Source: Candidatus Cloacimonadales bacterium (lineage in GTDB: Bacteria; Cloacimonadota; Cloacimonadia; Cloacimonadales; JAIOQZ01). From it: DNA of 64,000 bases. The stretch covers positions 256,001 through 320,000 of the forward strand of contig OY762463.1 in NCBI GenBank assembly GCA_963665815.1. Reading direction: 5' to 3'. The notes beneath the pieces are model-generated. The model had not been told where the DNA came from, did no database searches, and saw nothing but the letters and a program-made list of their open reading frames with translations. Positions 38,236 to 48,564 of this stretch are shown here, one piece after another; within the stretch, counting starts at the first letter, position 1; each line of letters opens with the position of its first letter. The translations under genes and the position numbers were made by a program.

Positions 38236-38685
38236 ATGAGCGATGTAAAACTCACTGATTTAATGTCAAAGACTCATCCATCAAAAATGGAGACTTTGAT
38301 TAAGACAACTATTTTTGCGGTAATTATTATTTTCTTTTTAATATTTCCTGTAATTGTGCTGTCTCAGTGTTCTCAAAGTAAAATTCTGAATAGTGTTGAA
38401 ATTGTCGACTGGACTACTGAAGAAGACTACGATACAATGATTATTAACTTCAAAATATATAATGGCACTGATTTAAGAATCACGGAGCTGAATGTCAGAA
38501 TAGAGTATGAAGATGGTTCATTTGAGCACATTGGACTTGATAGTAATAAGCAGATAAGTATTGATCCGGATTATACAGAAAACTTGTTTTTGGCAAAACC
38601 TGTTTCACAGGAGATTATTGAAATAGTAATAAGCAAGGTTGGCGGATTCAGAGGTGATTCACATTTCATGTACATAAGAAAATAA
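38236..38685 (+). CDS. Hypothetical membrane-anchored protein
   Basis: Single TM helix then beta-rich region; AAAGG SD. Confidence 0.65.
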   Translation: MSDVKLTDLMSKTHPSKMETLIKTTIFAVIIIFFLIFPVIVLSQCSQSKILNSVEIVDWTTEEDYDTMIINFKIYNGTDLRITELNVRIEYEDGSFEHIGLDSNKQISIDPDYTENLFLAKPVSQEIIEIVISKVGGFRGDSHFMYIRK

Positions 38686-38695
38686 AGGAGGGTAT

Positions 38696-41600
38696 ATGCC
38701 GAAAATTTTCAGGGCGGTAATAATCGGTATACTGTACTTAATTCTAACAATTTCTTCGCTATATGGCAGTTTTGAGGTTCTTATTGAGAGTAATCAGCAG
38801 TTGTCAGTAAAATTCAAATTACCTGATTACACAATTGATGAAAACAGGAGGATCCTGTTCGAAAATAATCCTGAGCCTGATGTTGATCTTCAGCAGATGT
38901 TTGGCTTTTATGCTTATATACCAACAAATTGTGAGTATACGATAACTCATGAAGTAACTTCCCGTGAGAAGATGGACTTTATTGCAGAGCAGGATAAAAA
39001 TGATCCTGTTTTTATTTCTATGGATGGCTATTCCAGAGATCACAGAATGATATTAGTGAATGTAAATCCTCTATATGTAAATGAAGATGCATCATATGTC
39101 AATGAAGAAGTGATTATCAATCTTTCTTTTACCCTGTCATCAGAGTTTACTGAGGGGGCGAATAACCACGAGTCATATAGCTTTGATCAATATGTCAGAT
39201 CTTTGGTGATTAACAGAAATACGTTGCAATCAAACACTTCACAAAGAGGATCATACCTGATAATTCATCCGGATAATTTTTCTGTTACTACCGATATGTC
39301 TGATTTTATATTATGGAAGAAGATGAAAGGTCTTGAGGTGCACACTCGGGCTTTCAGCAGTAATTCAGCAAATACAGAAATACTCCAGTATATAAGAAAT
39401 GCTTATAATACATGGGATGTTGCTCCGGAATATGTGTTATTGCTTGGAAATGCTTCAAGCTCATTTGCTGTTCCAACCTGGTATGAAGATTTTGGTAATA
39501 ATATAGTCTATGGAGATCATCCTTATAGTCTGATGAACGACGGAGATATATTTCCAGACCTGCAGATTGGACGAATAACATATGAAAGCGCTGGGCAACT
39601 TCGTTCAATTCTTACTAAAATAATCAATTATGAGTATAAACCTGATCGAGCAGGATCGGACTGGTTTGAAAGATTGCTTCTTGTTGGAGATCATATAGAT
39701 TCTGGTTCTTCAACTGTTTTAACAATGCATTATGTAAATGATATGATGGATGACTTTCCGGTTGATTACTCCTATTCACTTGTATACAATCAACCATACG
39801 TCAATGGTATTCAAAACGCATTGAATAATGGTGTCGGAGCATATTTCTATCGTGGATTCGGGACATTCAGTCACTGGACAGAAACTGACACAGAAAATCT
39901 TCTTAATTACAATATGACACCATTAATATCTGCTATTACATGTTTTACAGGAAATTTTGATCAGGATTATGTTTCTTTTGTTGAGAAATTCCTGCATATC
40001 GGAACTCCGAATACTTCAAAAGGAGCAGTTGCAGCTTTAGGTTCTACTTCTGCAACTCACACATGCTTTAACAATATTATTACTGCCGGTATTGCCAGTT
40101 CATTTTATCAGGACGGGAATTTTAACATTTCTGCCGGACTAAACAAAGGAAAGCTGCAGTTGTATAGAAATTATCCATGGAATCCGGAATACTATGTGGA
40201 TTGGTATACACTTGGTAAAGAGCATTTTGGTGATCCCGAACTTACTTTAAGATGCAAAACTCCCGGCATAATGACATCTGAGCATTCTGATACTGTTTCA
40301 ATACATAACAACTTCTTTACCGGAGTAATAGAAGATGAAAACAGTATTGGTATACCTGATGCCTCTGTTACACTATATGATGCGGCAATAGATTCTTTTT
40401 TTACAGCTATAACAGATGCTAATGGTAATTACCGGATCAGTATAAATATTGATTCACAAACTGATCTGATGTTAACTGCTTTTCATCCTCAGATGATACC
40501 TTATGCAGATACAATATATGTGATTAATGACTATTCTGATATAGATTTAAGAAGCGAATTCACAGATAACATTATATCCGGAACAGTAAACACACTTAGG
40601 TTCAGACTTATTAATAATACAAACTCGGATGTTCAGAACGTTACTGTAAGAGTGTCATGTGATTCTCAGTATGTAAATGTCATTGATTCGGTTATATCCG
40701 TTACAAATTTACCTGCTGTATCGTCATCTGAATATAATGTTAATATTGATCCCGCATTTGCGATTTCAGATGGTGGTTCTCTTATATTGCATACTGAGAT
40801 TGATTATGGAGATGTAACAGAAGCATTTTCACATTCATTCAATGTTGAAAATACGGTTCTTGAGATTGAGAGCATTAATTTGCAGACTATCCCATCTCCT
40901 CAGGCAGATATTGATTTCTCAATTGAACTTGAAAATATCAGTAATATTCCTGTTGATTCGCTGACAATGGAACTTGAAACATTTGATAACAGGATAACAA
41001 TCACAGATAGTATTGCATATTTACAGTATGTACTAGATAATTCAATGATTTTTGTAAATGATAATTTTACATTCAGTTTTAACGATATTTATAATACGGA
41101 AGATTTTCATTTCTATATAAAATTCAGCAATAATAAGGGATTTTATCAGGAATCAGAGTTTGTTGTAGAGAATTTAGATCCTTCTTTAGATCAACCTACA
41201 GGTCCGGATCCTTATGGGTATATTGCAGTTAATAATAATGATGCGGCTGTATACCAGCCTGAAACATATGGCTGGATTGAAATTGATCCAGAAAACGGTG
41301 GTTCCGGAACAGTTCTGGATATGGTCGATTATGATTATGAAGGTTCAGGTGATATGGTGACTGTTCAGTTACCGTTCAGTTTCAGATTTTACGGTGATCT
41401 CTATTACAATTTAAGCATATCTTCAAATGGATTCGTTATGCCGGGTATACACTTCAACTATGGTTGGATGAACAGGACTATTCCCGGTCCAATGGTTCCC
41501 AGACCAATAATTGCTCCTTTCTGGGATGATCTGTTAATCGGAGAAAACTCAAGAATATCTTACTTTGAAGATGATACTAATCACACTTTTATTGTGCAAT

Positions 41601-43846
41601 GGACTGATTTACTCAGCAGGTTTGATAATTCACATCAACGCTTTCAATTGATTATTTATGACAATGAGTATTATTCTCTTCCCGGAAGAGAGAACTCATT
41701 TAAATTCCAATATAGTGAAATACACAATACTGATCAAGGTAACTACGGTGGTTTCTATGTGGATCATGGGGAGTATGCAACAGTTGGTATCTGTGATAAA
41801 ACAGGGCAGACAGGTCTTGAATACACATTTGCCAGCAGATATCCGGATACTGCACAACAACTGACCAATGGAACAGCTTTGACTTTCAAACATAATTTTG
41901 AGACTCCTGATAACGCATTTGTCATCCTTGATGATTATTCATCTGTAGATGCAGATAATAGCGGAGAAGTAAACAACGGTGAATCGGTGAATATGACTGT
42001 GAGTCTCAGGAACATTGGAAATCAGGATTGTGACTCTGTGACTGTAAGTTTTGAATCGGGATCGCAGTACCTTAGTATATCAACTGACCCTGTAACAGAA
42101 TACAATATTACATCAAATGCAGTTGCAGATGTTGATACTGATATAAACTTCTCAATAGATCCTCTATGCCCAAACAATGAGAATGTCAATCTGTTTATTA
42201 TAATAGAACATGATGGAAGAAGATCAGAATATGAGTGTTCCTGGATTGTGAAATCACCGGAATTGATTTATGAAAAATTCGTGTATGATGATAATGATAA
42301 TAATCAAATTGAAACAATGGAGAGTGGTGATTTTCATATCATATTCAGAAAATCAGGTAGTATAGATATCCTGAATCCTCTATTCAATATCAGATCGAAT
42401 GTCCCAGGGATAACACTTGGAGCTGTATCTTTTGCTGAAGAGGAAGAGTATTTAACAGTGACTATGCCGTTTATTACTGATAATACACTTGCTCAGGGAT
42501 TGAAGGTTGAGTTTACCGGATCAATATCATACAATAACGGATATCATAATGATTTCACATTTTACGATGTTTGCGGTAATCTCGAGATGGTCTTTTCAGA
42601 TGACTTTTCTAATAACTGGCAGGAATGGTGGATGAGAAATGGTACAATAGTCGGTACTTCTAATGCTGGTGGTACTTCTCCGGAATTGCTTATGTCTACT
42701 AATCCTGACTACGAGAGTGTTGTTGCCAACTATTCTTTTGTCGGAGATATTTATAGAAAACTGAAAGTCAAATTTAAGAATAAACTGGTGAACAGCCCAT
42801 TAAAAAGGTCTGTCAGAATTGTTGATATGTCGCCATTACGTAGAAGTTATTACTTTATTAATGAAACATTACCTACAGATGGAGCTGTAGAGGAAGAACA
42901 TTTCGTGATACCTCCCGTTAGATTCTATGATTTTGCTAACTTATATTTTACAGCCGGTGTTGAACAGCAGTTTACTGCACGCTGGTATATTGATGATGTT
43001 GTACTTGAAGGTGTAAGAATTTCCCGAATTCGTCTTCATGGATTAGTGAATCTGGAAGGGAATGCTTCAGACTATGAAAATGTCAGGTTGAGTGTGGAGA
43101 ATCAAGTCTTTAATCCTTATTCAGATGGGTTATACGAGATATACGTTGATGGGAATGCTGTTACTCTTGAAGTTAATACAAAAGGTTATGTGAATCAAAG
43201 TAATTTTTATGTACTTGCTTCTAATTCAGAAGATTCGGACGAGTTCAATTTTCATGAGGTTAATCTGGAAAGACTTCCCGAACCGGAAAACCTTCAATAT
43301 GACCTGAATGGAAACCATATCGACTTGGACTGGGACTTTAACAATGATTCTGATGTTACCTTTTCTCAGTTTAAGATTATCAGGGAAGCAAACAATATAA
43401 CGATTATTGATTCTACTACAAATTCTGATTACAGTGTTGATCTGCTTGATGACAGGAACTACAAGCTATATGTTTATGCTGAATTTGCAGATAATATGGA
43501 AAGTCACAATTCGGATACTCTTAGTATAAATTTTGTAGATAATGATGACATTAATAATGTGAAATTCGTTACAAGGCTATGCAATAATTACCCTAATCCG
43601 TTCAATCCTTCAACTATGATAAAATTCAGCATTGCAGAGGACAATACACATACCGATTTATCTGTATATAATATAAAAGGTCAGAAAGTGAGAACTTTAA
43701 TATCAGAAGAATTGACATCAGGACTGCATGAAATTTTATGGAATGGAGATAATTCACAACAAAAATCAGTTGCTTCCGGAGTCTATTTTGTAAGACTGAA
43801 AGCTAAAGATGATGTCCAATACAAAAAAATAATATTAATAAAATAA
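38696..43846 (+). CDS. Large secreted gingipain-like C25 family protein with propeptide, Ig/Fn3-like modules and FlgD-Ig/T9SS-like tail
   Basis: YLIIHP, WKKMKG, YIRNAY..W...PEYVLLLG, D.FPDL.IGR, ITCFTG.FD, GAVAALG, FGDP; NYPNPFNPST...YNIKGQKVRTL...WNG..VASGVYF. Confidence 0.88.
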   Translation: MPKIFRAVIIGILYLILTISSLYGSFEVLIESNQQLSVKFKLPDYTIDENRRILFENNPEPDVDLQQMFGFYAYIPTNCEYTITHEVTSREKMDFIAEQDKNDPVFISMDGYSRDHRMILVNVNPLYVNEDASYVNEEVIINLSFTLSSEFTEGANNHESYSFDQYVRSLVINRNTLQSNTSQRGSYLIIHPDNFSVTTDMSDFILWKKMKGLEVHTRAFSSNSANTEILQYIRNAYNTWDVAPEYVLLLGNASSSFAVPTWYEDFGNNIVYGDHPYSLMNDGDIFPDLQIGRITYESAGQLRSILTKIINYEYKPDRAGSDWFERLLLVGDHIDSGSSTVLTMHYVNDMMDDFPVDYSYSLVYNQPYVNGIQNALNNGVGAYFYRGFGTFSHWTETDTENLLNYNMTPLISAITCFTGNFDQDYVSFVEKFLHIGTPNTSKGAVAALGSTSATHTCFNNIITAGIASSFYQDGNFNISAGLNKGKLQLYRNYPWNPEYYVDWYTLGKEHFGDPELTLRCKTPGIMTSEHSDTVSIHNNFFTGVIEDENSIGIPDASVTLYDAAIDSFFTAITDANGNYRISINIDSQTDLMLTAFHPQMIPYADTIYVINDYSDIDLRSEFTDNIISGTVNTLRFRLINNTNSDVQNVTVRVSCDSQYVNVIDSVISVTNLPAVSSSEYNVNIDPAFAISDGGSLILHTEIDYGDVTEAFSHSFNVENTVLEIESINLQTIPSPQADIDFSIELENISNIPVDSLTMELETFDNRITITDSIAYLQYVLDNSMIFVNDNFTFSFNDIYNTEDFHFYIKFSNNKGFYQESEFVVENLDPSLDQPTGPDPYGYIAVNNNDAAVYQPETYGWIEIDPENGGSGTVLDMVDYDYEGSGDMVTVQLPFSFRFYGDLYYNLSISSNGFVMPGIHFNYGWMNRTIPGPMVPRPIIAPFWDDLLIGENSRISYFEDDTNHTFIVQWTDLLSRFDNSHQRFQLIIYDNEYYSLPGRENSFKFQYSEIHNTDQGNYGGFYVDHGEYATVGICDKTGQTGLEYTFASRYPDTAQQLTNGTALTFKHNFETPDNAFVILDDYSSVDADNSGEVNNGESVNMTVSLRNIGNQDCDSVTVSFESGSQYLSISTDPVTEYNITSNAVADVDTDINFSIDPLCPNNENVNLFIIIEHDGRRSEYECSWIVKSPELIYEKFVYDDNDNNQIETMESGDFHIIFRKSGSIDILNPLFNIRSNVPGITLGAVSFAEEEEYLTVTMPFITDNTLAQGLKVEFTGSISYNNGYHNDFTFYDVCGNLEMVFSDDFSNNWQEWWMRNGTIVGTSNAGGTSPELLMSTNPDYESVVANYSFVGDIYRKLKVKFKNKLVNSPLKRSVRIVDMSPLRRSYYFINETLPTDGAVEEEHFVIPPVRFYDFANLYFTAGVEQQFTARWYIDDVVLEGVRISRIRLHGLVNLEGNASDYENVRLSVENQVFNPYSDGLYEIYVDGNAVTLEVNTKGYVNQSNFYVLASNSEDSDEFNFHEVNLERLPEPENLQYDLNGNHIDLDWDFNNDSDVTFSQFKIIREANNITIIDSTTNSDYSVDLLDDRNYKLYVYAEFADNMESHNSDTLSINFVDNDDINNVKFVTRLCNNYPNPFNPSTMIKFSIAEDNTHTDLSVYNIKGQKVRTLISEELTSGLHEILWNGDNSQQKSVASGVYFVRLKAKDDVQYKKIILIK

Positions 43847-43864
43847 ACAAGATGAGGAGAAATC

Positions 43865-44617
43865 ATGAAAAAATTTGTACTTGCGATTTTTTTGATTATG
43901 GCTGTATTACCTGTATTTGCACAGGATTTGAAAGATCCTTATGAAATTCTGAGAAATGAACTTCAATCTCGGGGTGGAAAGGAAAAACTGGAATCCATTA
44001 CCAGCACAAGAACATCTCAAACAATTGAAATTAAAGCACAAGGACAGAAATTTAACCAGAAAGACACTAGCATTTTCTTTAATCCTGATACTTCAACAGT
44101 AAAAATCTATCAAAAGACTACATCCTCAAGAGGTAGTTTCGTTCTCGGATATAATGGTGAAACCGCCTGGAAAATTGAAAACGGTAAATTCTCATTAATT
44201 GAAGATGAAGATGAACAGGAAAATGTTGAAGAGAAAACGAAAACTCCGTATGATGAATACGAATATCTTAATCCTGAATCAGAATACTATTCAATTAAAC
44301 TGAAAGGTGTAAAGAAAGTAAAAGGAAGAAAATGCTATTATATCAGAATCAAAAATAAAGATAAAGGCATTACTACAAAGAGATACATTGATGTAGAAAC
44401 ATTCGATATTCTGAAGGACATCCGTACAGATAAAAATGGTACTACAGAAACTCTTTACTCCGATTACAAAACTGTGGACGGTTTCAGGAATCCTTATGTA
44501 AAAGAAATTCTTAAAGTTACTTATGATAGTCCTGAGCCTGTTAATTATAAAATAGTTGTTACACTTCTTGAATATAACGGCACTTTTGACGAAACAATAT
44601 TTGAACCACAAAAATAG
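43865..44617 (+). CDS. Exported LolA-like / outer membrane lipoprotein-sorting family protein
   Basis: Signal peptide; GGKEKL, GYNGETAW, V.GRKCY, YSDYKTVDG..P, F..P end. Confidence 0.65.
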   Translation: MKKFVLAIFLIMAVLPVFAQDLKDPYEILRNELQSRGGKEKLESITSTRTSQTIEIKAQGQKFNQKDTSIFFNPDTSTVKIYQKTTSSRGSFVLGYNGETAWKIENGKFSLIEDEDEQENVEEKTKTPYDEYEYLNPESEYYSIKLKGVKKVKGRKCYYIRIKNKDKGITTKRYIDVETFDILKDIRTDKNGTTETLYSDYKTVDGFRNPYVKEILKVTYDSPEPVNYKIVVTLLEYNGTFDETIFEPQK

Positions 44618-44712
44618 AAGAAACCTTTACAATATTGGGTAGTTGATTCGATTTCAGAATTCACAATAATCTAAACCCAATATCAGGTTCTCTGAGAAGT
44701 TTTTCTTAAAAC

Positions 44713-44746
44713 TGAAAAAGGCTGTCAGTATTCGACAGCCTTTTCA
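44713..44746. terminator. Bidirectional intrinsic terminator
   Basis: gaaaaaggctgtc-agtattc-gacagccttttc between convergent genes. Confidence 0.85.
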
Positions 44747-44751
44747 TGTAT

Positions 44752-45768
44752 CTAAATTTCTATTACCCAGCCGTCTGGTCCGGGAATATCACCGCATTGA
44801 ATTCCGGTTAGAAGTTTATAAAGCTCAGTTGTTTTTGGACCGGGAGTTTTTCCTTCATCATAGAAAAGTTTTTCCCTGCTATTATGTGTTATTGCCCCTA
44901 TAGGTGCAATAACTGCTGCAGTACCGCATGCTCCTGCTTCAATAAACTCTTCAATACTGTCTATCGGAATATCTCTTTCTTCCACCTTCATCCCAAGATT
45001 ATGCTCTGCAAGATATACAAGTGATCTTCTCGTTATACTTGGTAGTATAGAAGGAGAAACCGGAGTAACAAACACATTGTCTTTAGTTATTCCGAAGAAA
45101 TTAGCTGCACCTGCTTCTTCAATGTTTGTTTTTGTCTGGGCGTCAAGATAAATACAGTCGGCAAAGCCTTTTGCTTTCGCTTCTGAACCGGCTTTAAGGC
45201 TCGCGGCATAGTTACCACCTACTTTTACAGCACCTGTTCCGAAAGGAGCGGCTCGGTCGAACTTTGTTGTAATGAACTTACTTGTTGTAAAGCCATTCTT
45301 GAAATATGGTCCTACCGGTGTAACAAATATAGAGAACAGATATTCAGGGGCTGGCTTTACTCCAACATTTGGTCCTACTCCTATAAGATATGGTCTTATA
45401 TATAAAGATGAACCTGAACCGTAAGGAGGAATAAAATCACTATTAGCTTTTACTACTTTCTTAACAGCTTCAACAAACTTCTCTTCAGGATATGGTTTCA
45501 TTAAAAGTGCTTCACAGCTGTCTTTCATTCTTTTTGCATTTTCGTAAGGTCTGAAAAGAAGGATTCTGCCATCTTTGGCTCTGTATGCTTTCAAGCCCTC
45601 AAAACACTGCTGACCATAATGGATTGCTGTTGATCCTTCATGAATTCTAATGTAGTCATCTGTGGAAAGCTCACCTTCATCCCATGAACCATCTTTGTAA
45701 TATGAGATGAATCTGTAATCAGCTTTGATGTAATCGAATCTTAAATTTTTGAAATCAATATTTTTCAC
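44752..45768 (-). CDS. ilvE: Branched-chain amino acid aminotransferase
   Basis: HYGQQCFEGLKAY, LYIRP, KVGGNYAAS, EEAGAANFF, ILPSITR, GTAAVI; GTG start with AAGGAGG. Confidence 0.95.
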   Translation of the reverse strand: MKNIDFKNLRFDYIKADYRFISYYKDGSWDEGELSTDDYIRIHEGSTAIHYGQQCFEGLKAYRAKDGRILLFRPYENAKRMKDSCEALLMKPYPEEKFVEAVKKVVKANSDFIPPYGSGSSLYIRPYLIGVGPNVGVKPAPEYLFSIFVTPVGPYFKNGFTTSKFITTKFDRAAPFGTGAVKVGGNYAASLKAGSEAKAKGFADCIYLDAQTKTNIEEAGAANFFGITKDNVFVTPVSPSILPSITRRSLVYLAEHNLGMKVEERDIPIDSIEEFIEAGACGTAAVIAPIGAITHNSREKLFYDEGKTPGPKTTELYKLLTGIQCGDIPGPDGWVIEI

Positions 45769-46004
45769 GAATTCCTCCTTTTGTTTTTGCCATTCTCTTT
45801 GAATTCAGTCGGTTTTGTAAAGATAATTAAATGTTTAACTCCCATTAAAATGATTTTTCATTGACGAAGGAGCTTATAAAAGAAATTTGTCCATTCTTTA
45901 TAAACTGCTTATACTTACTAAGTAGTCGTATTTAAAAATAAACCGTTCAAATCGAATGAAAAGTATAAATGGAAAATTAAGTGACTAAACGAAAGGATAT
46001 TGAT

Positions 46005-47264
46005 ATGCCAGATAAATTTAAAACACAGGTTAATTCTGAAATTGGTGAACTGAAAGGTGTAATCTTACATACACCGGGACCGGAAATTGAGAATATGAAT
46101 CCGGAAAATGCCGAAAGGGCTTTGTATAGCGATATTCTTAATCTTGCCGTTGCTTCTAAGGAGTATGTACAGTTAAAGGAAGTGCTTGGAAAAACAGCCA
46201 GAACTTTTGAAGTAGAAGACCTTCTTAAGAACATTCTATATAACGAGAAAGTAAAACAAGATCTGGTAAAGAAGATTTGTGTTAATGAAAATGCTGAAAA
46301 TATTATAAATGACCTTTTAAGTATGAAGCCAGAAGATTTATCTAAAAGTCTGCTTCGTGGTGTACCTATGAAGAAGAATAATCTTACTAAATTCCTGAGT
46401 AAGGAATCTTATACATTAAAACCTCTGCATAACTTCTTTTTTACAAGAGATGCTTCGATGTCTGTAAGAAATCGTGTTTTGATTGGTAGAATGAAAAGCA
46501 ATATCAGAGAACGAGAATCGCTTATTATGGAGGCAATATTCGATTATAACTCCTATTTCAGTACAAAAACAGTCAACCCGGTCAATGACCCTGTTTTTGC
46601 CGGAACTGCCACAATTGAAGGGGGAGATGTTCTTGTAGCGAGAAAGGATATTCTCTGTATTGGTATTGGAGACAGAACTAACTCTCAAGGTGTAGATTTT
46701 ATCATTGAGCAACTCAAATCGAGAAAAGAAAAAAGACATTTGATTATACAGGAGCTGCCAAAAACTCCTGAGTCATTCATTCACCTCGATATGGTTTTCA
46801 CATTCCTTGATAAAGATGCCTGCATGGTATATAAGCCTCTGATTCTAAGACCAAACAGATTCCAGACAGTTCATATTGAGATAGATAATGGCAAAGTGGT
46901 TTCAATCAAAGAAAAAGAAAACCTGCTTTCAGTACTGAAAGAACTGGGTATGGACCTTAAACCTGTTCTCTGTGGTGGAGATAATGATGTCAGGATTCAG
47001 GAAAGAGAACAATGGCATTCCGGAGCAAATTTCTTTGCGATAGCTCCTGGCAAAGTTATTGGCTATGGAAGAAATGTTTATACTATAGAAGAAATGGCTA
47101 AAAACGGTTTTGAAGTAATTAAAGCTAAAGATATAATTAAGAATAAAGCGGATATTAAAAAAGCTAAAAAATGTGTTATAACAATTGATGGCTCTGAACT
47201 TTCCAGAGGCGGTGGCGGATGTCGCTGCATGACTATGCCGATAGTCAGAGCGGATGTTAAATAG
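46005..47264 (+). CDS. arcA: Arginine deiminase
   Basis: VNSEIGELK.V++H.PG.E, FFTRD, IEGGD, HLDMVF, REQW, GSELSRGGGGCRCMTMP. Confidence 0.93.
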   Translation: MPDKFKTQVNSEIGELKGVILHTPGPEIENMNPENAERALYSDILNLAVASKEYVQLKEVLGKTARTFEVEDLLKNILYNEKVKQDLVKKICVNENAENIINDLLSMKPEDLSKSLLRGVPMKKNNLTKFLSKESYTLKPLHNFFFTRDASMSVRNRVLIGRMKSNIRERESLIMEAIFDYNSYFSTKTVNPVNDPVFAGTATIEGGDVLVARKDILCIGIGDRTNSQGVDFIIEQLKSRKEKRHLIIQELPKTPESFIHLDMVFTFLDKDACMVYKPLILRPNRFQTVHIEIDNGKVVSIKEKENLLSVLKELGMDLKPVLCGGDNDVRIQEREQWHSGANFFAIAPGKVIGYGRNVYTIEEMAKNGFEVIKAKDIIKNKADIKKAKKCVITIDGSELSRGGGGCRCMTMPIVRADVK

Positions 47265-47282
47265 AATTTTTATTGAGATAAG

Positions 47283-47314
47283 AAAAGCCTGTTGAAATTT
47301 CTCAACAGGCTTTT
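47283..47314. terminator. Bidirectional intrinsic terminator
   Basis: aaaagcctgttga-aatttc-tcaacaggctttt between convergent genes. Confidence 0.88.
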
Positions 47315-47333
47315 AACTTATATAATACTAATC

Positions 47334-48074
47334 TTAGAATAAATCAAAGCAGGTAATAACACCAAAACTTATCATTAATCCTTCGTAATCATGAAAATCA
47401 TCTTCATTCATGGGACTAGAGCAGCATACCTGGAGCTGAGCTTTAAGAAATGGTGCACCGACTCGAGCAGTTATAGCCGGTTCCCAGAACCAGATATCTC
47501 GAATTGCTTTCAACTCGTCCACTTCTTCCTTATAGTAATTGCTCAGGTCTTCAGTGCTGAAACTATAATAATCCACATAAGAAAATCTGGATGATACTGC
47601 CAACTCAAATATTTTAAATCTTAAACCAATAGAAGGCTGAACAAACGGACGTGTAAATTTGGCTTTTATAGTTCCATCATCATGCAAATCGTTAAAAGCA
47701 GAACCCCATCCCATTCCTCCATAGGCTTCCAATACTAACGGTCCGTAATTTGTAAAGTATCCAGCGCCAAGATTAAAAATGTGCCCAGACCCGGTACCTT
47801 CCTCATCATCTTCAGGATCTTCATTAACCTCATTTGCAAGCATTACGCTTCCCATGACAGCAACATTATCCATAATGGCCATTGATCCTTGGAAACCTGT
47901 TGCACCAACATCTGTTCCGCCTGAAGTTCCACCGGCGATTCTCAGTTCACCTGCTTCCTTATGGAGGGGAGCATGTACTGTATCCGGTGCGTAATAAACA
48001 GGTGAACATCCTGTAGTAATAAAAATTGTAACACTCAACAATATTAACCCTGATATTAATTTTAAGTACCTCAT
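47334..48074 (-). CDS. Hypothetical lipoprotein with beta-barrel-like pattern
   Basis: TTGC lipobox, C.PVYYAP; alternating aromatic/Gly strands; terminal Phe; AAGGAG SD. Confidence 0.65.
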   Translation of the reverse strand: MRYLKLISGLILLSVTIFITTGCSPVYYAPDTVHAPLHKEAGELRIAGGTSGGTDVGATGFQGSMAIMDNVAVMGSVMLANEVNEDPEDDEEGTGSGHIFNLGAGYFTNYGPLVLEAYGGMGWGSAFNDLHDDGTIKAKFTRPFVQPSIGLRFKIFELAVSSRFSYVDYYSFSTEDLSNYYKEEVDELKAIRDIWFWEPAITARVGAPFLKAQLQVCCSSPMNEDDFHDYEGLMISFGVITCFDLF

Positions 48075-48103
48075 TATATTCTCCTTCAAAGCCTTTTTAA
48101 ATG

Positions 48104-48550
48104 TTAAGCATTTTTTGAACCAATCTCTTTAACTTTACTCTTATGGATGTACTCTTCTTCGGCAATCTTTTGTATTTTCTGAGAAGCATCAAGCATAATT
48201 TCTGCTCTTGTTTTCATATATTTTGCAATCTGCTCATAAGCATATCCGAGCAATCCTTCAGCTTCTTCCAACAGTGAACTGATTTCATCCTGATCAGATG
48301 CATCATGCAGTTTATTAAGCAGATTGGCTTTCAATTTGTTCACAAAAGCCAGATATTTGGATTTATTAAATGGTGTATCATTATATCTGTCAACAATTCC
48401 ATGGAGAGTTTTGCTATGGTGTTGAGAGTGAATACTCATAAACTTGAAGATTTCATCGTATTTTTCCAGAGCTTTCATTTCATGCAGTTTTGTGTAGAAT
48501 TGAGCAACATCATCTTCAATTTGTGCCATCATTTGCAGAATATCTTTCAT
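48104..48550 (-). CDS. Ferritin/rubrerythrin-like four-helix protein
   Basis: A.IE...aqFY, HSQHH, E.AE....aY, IAEEE.IH; AAGGAG SD. Confidence 0.6.
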   Translation of the reverse strand: MKDILQMMAQIEDDVAQFYTKLHEMKALEKYDEIFKFMSIHSQHHSKTLHGIVDRYNDTPFNKSKYLAFVNKLKANLLNKLHDASDQDEISSLLEEAEGLLGYAYEQIAKYMKTRAEIMLDASQKIQKIAEEEYIHKSKVKEIGSKNA

Positions 48551-48564
48551 AAATATCTCCTTCA

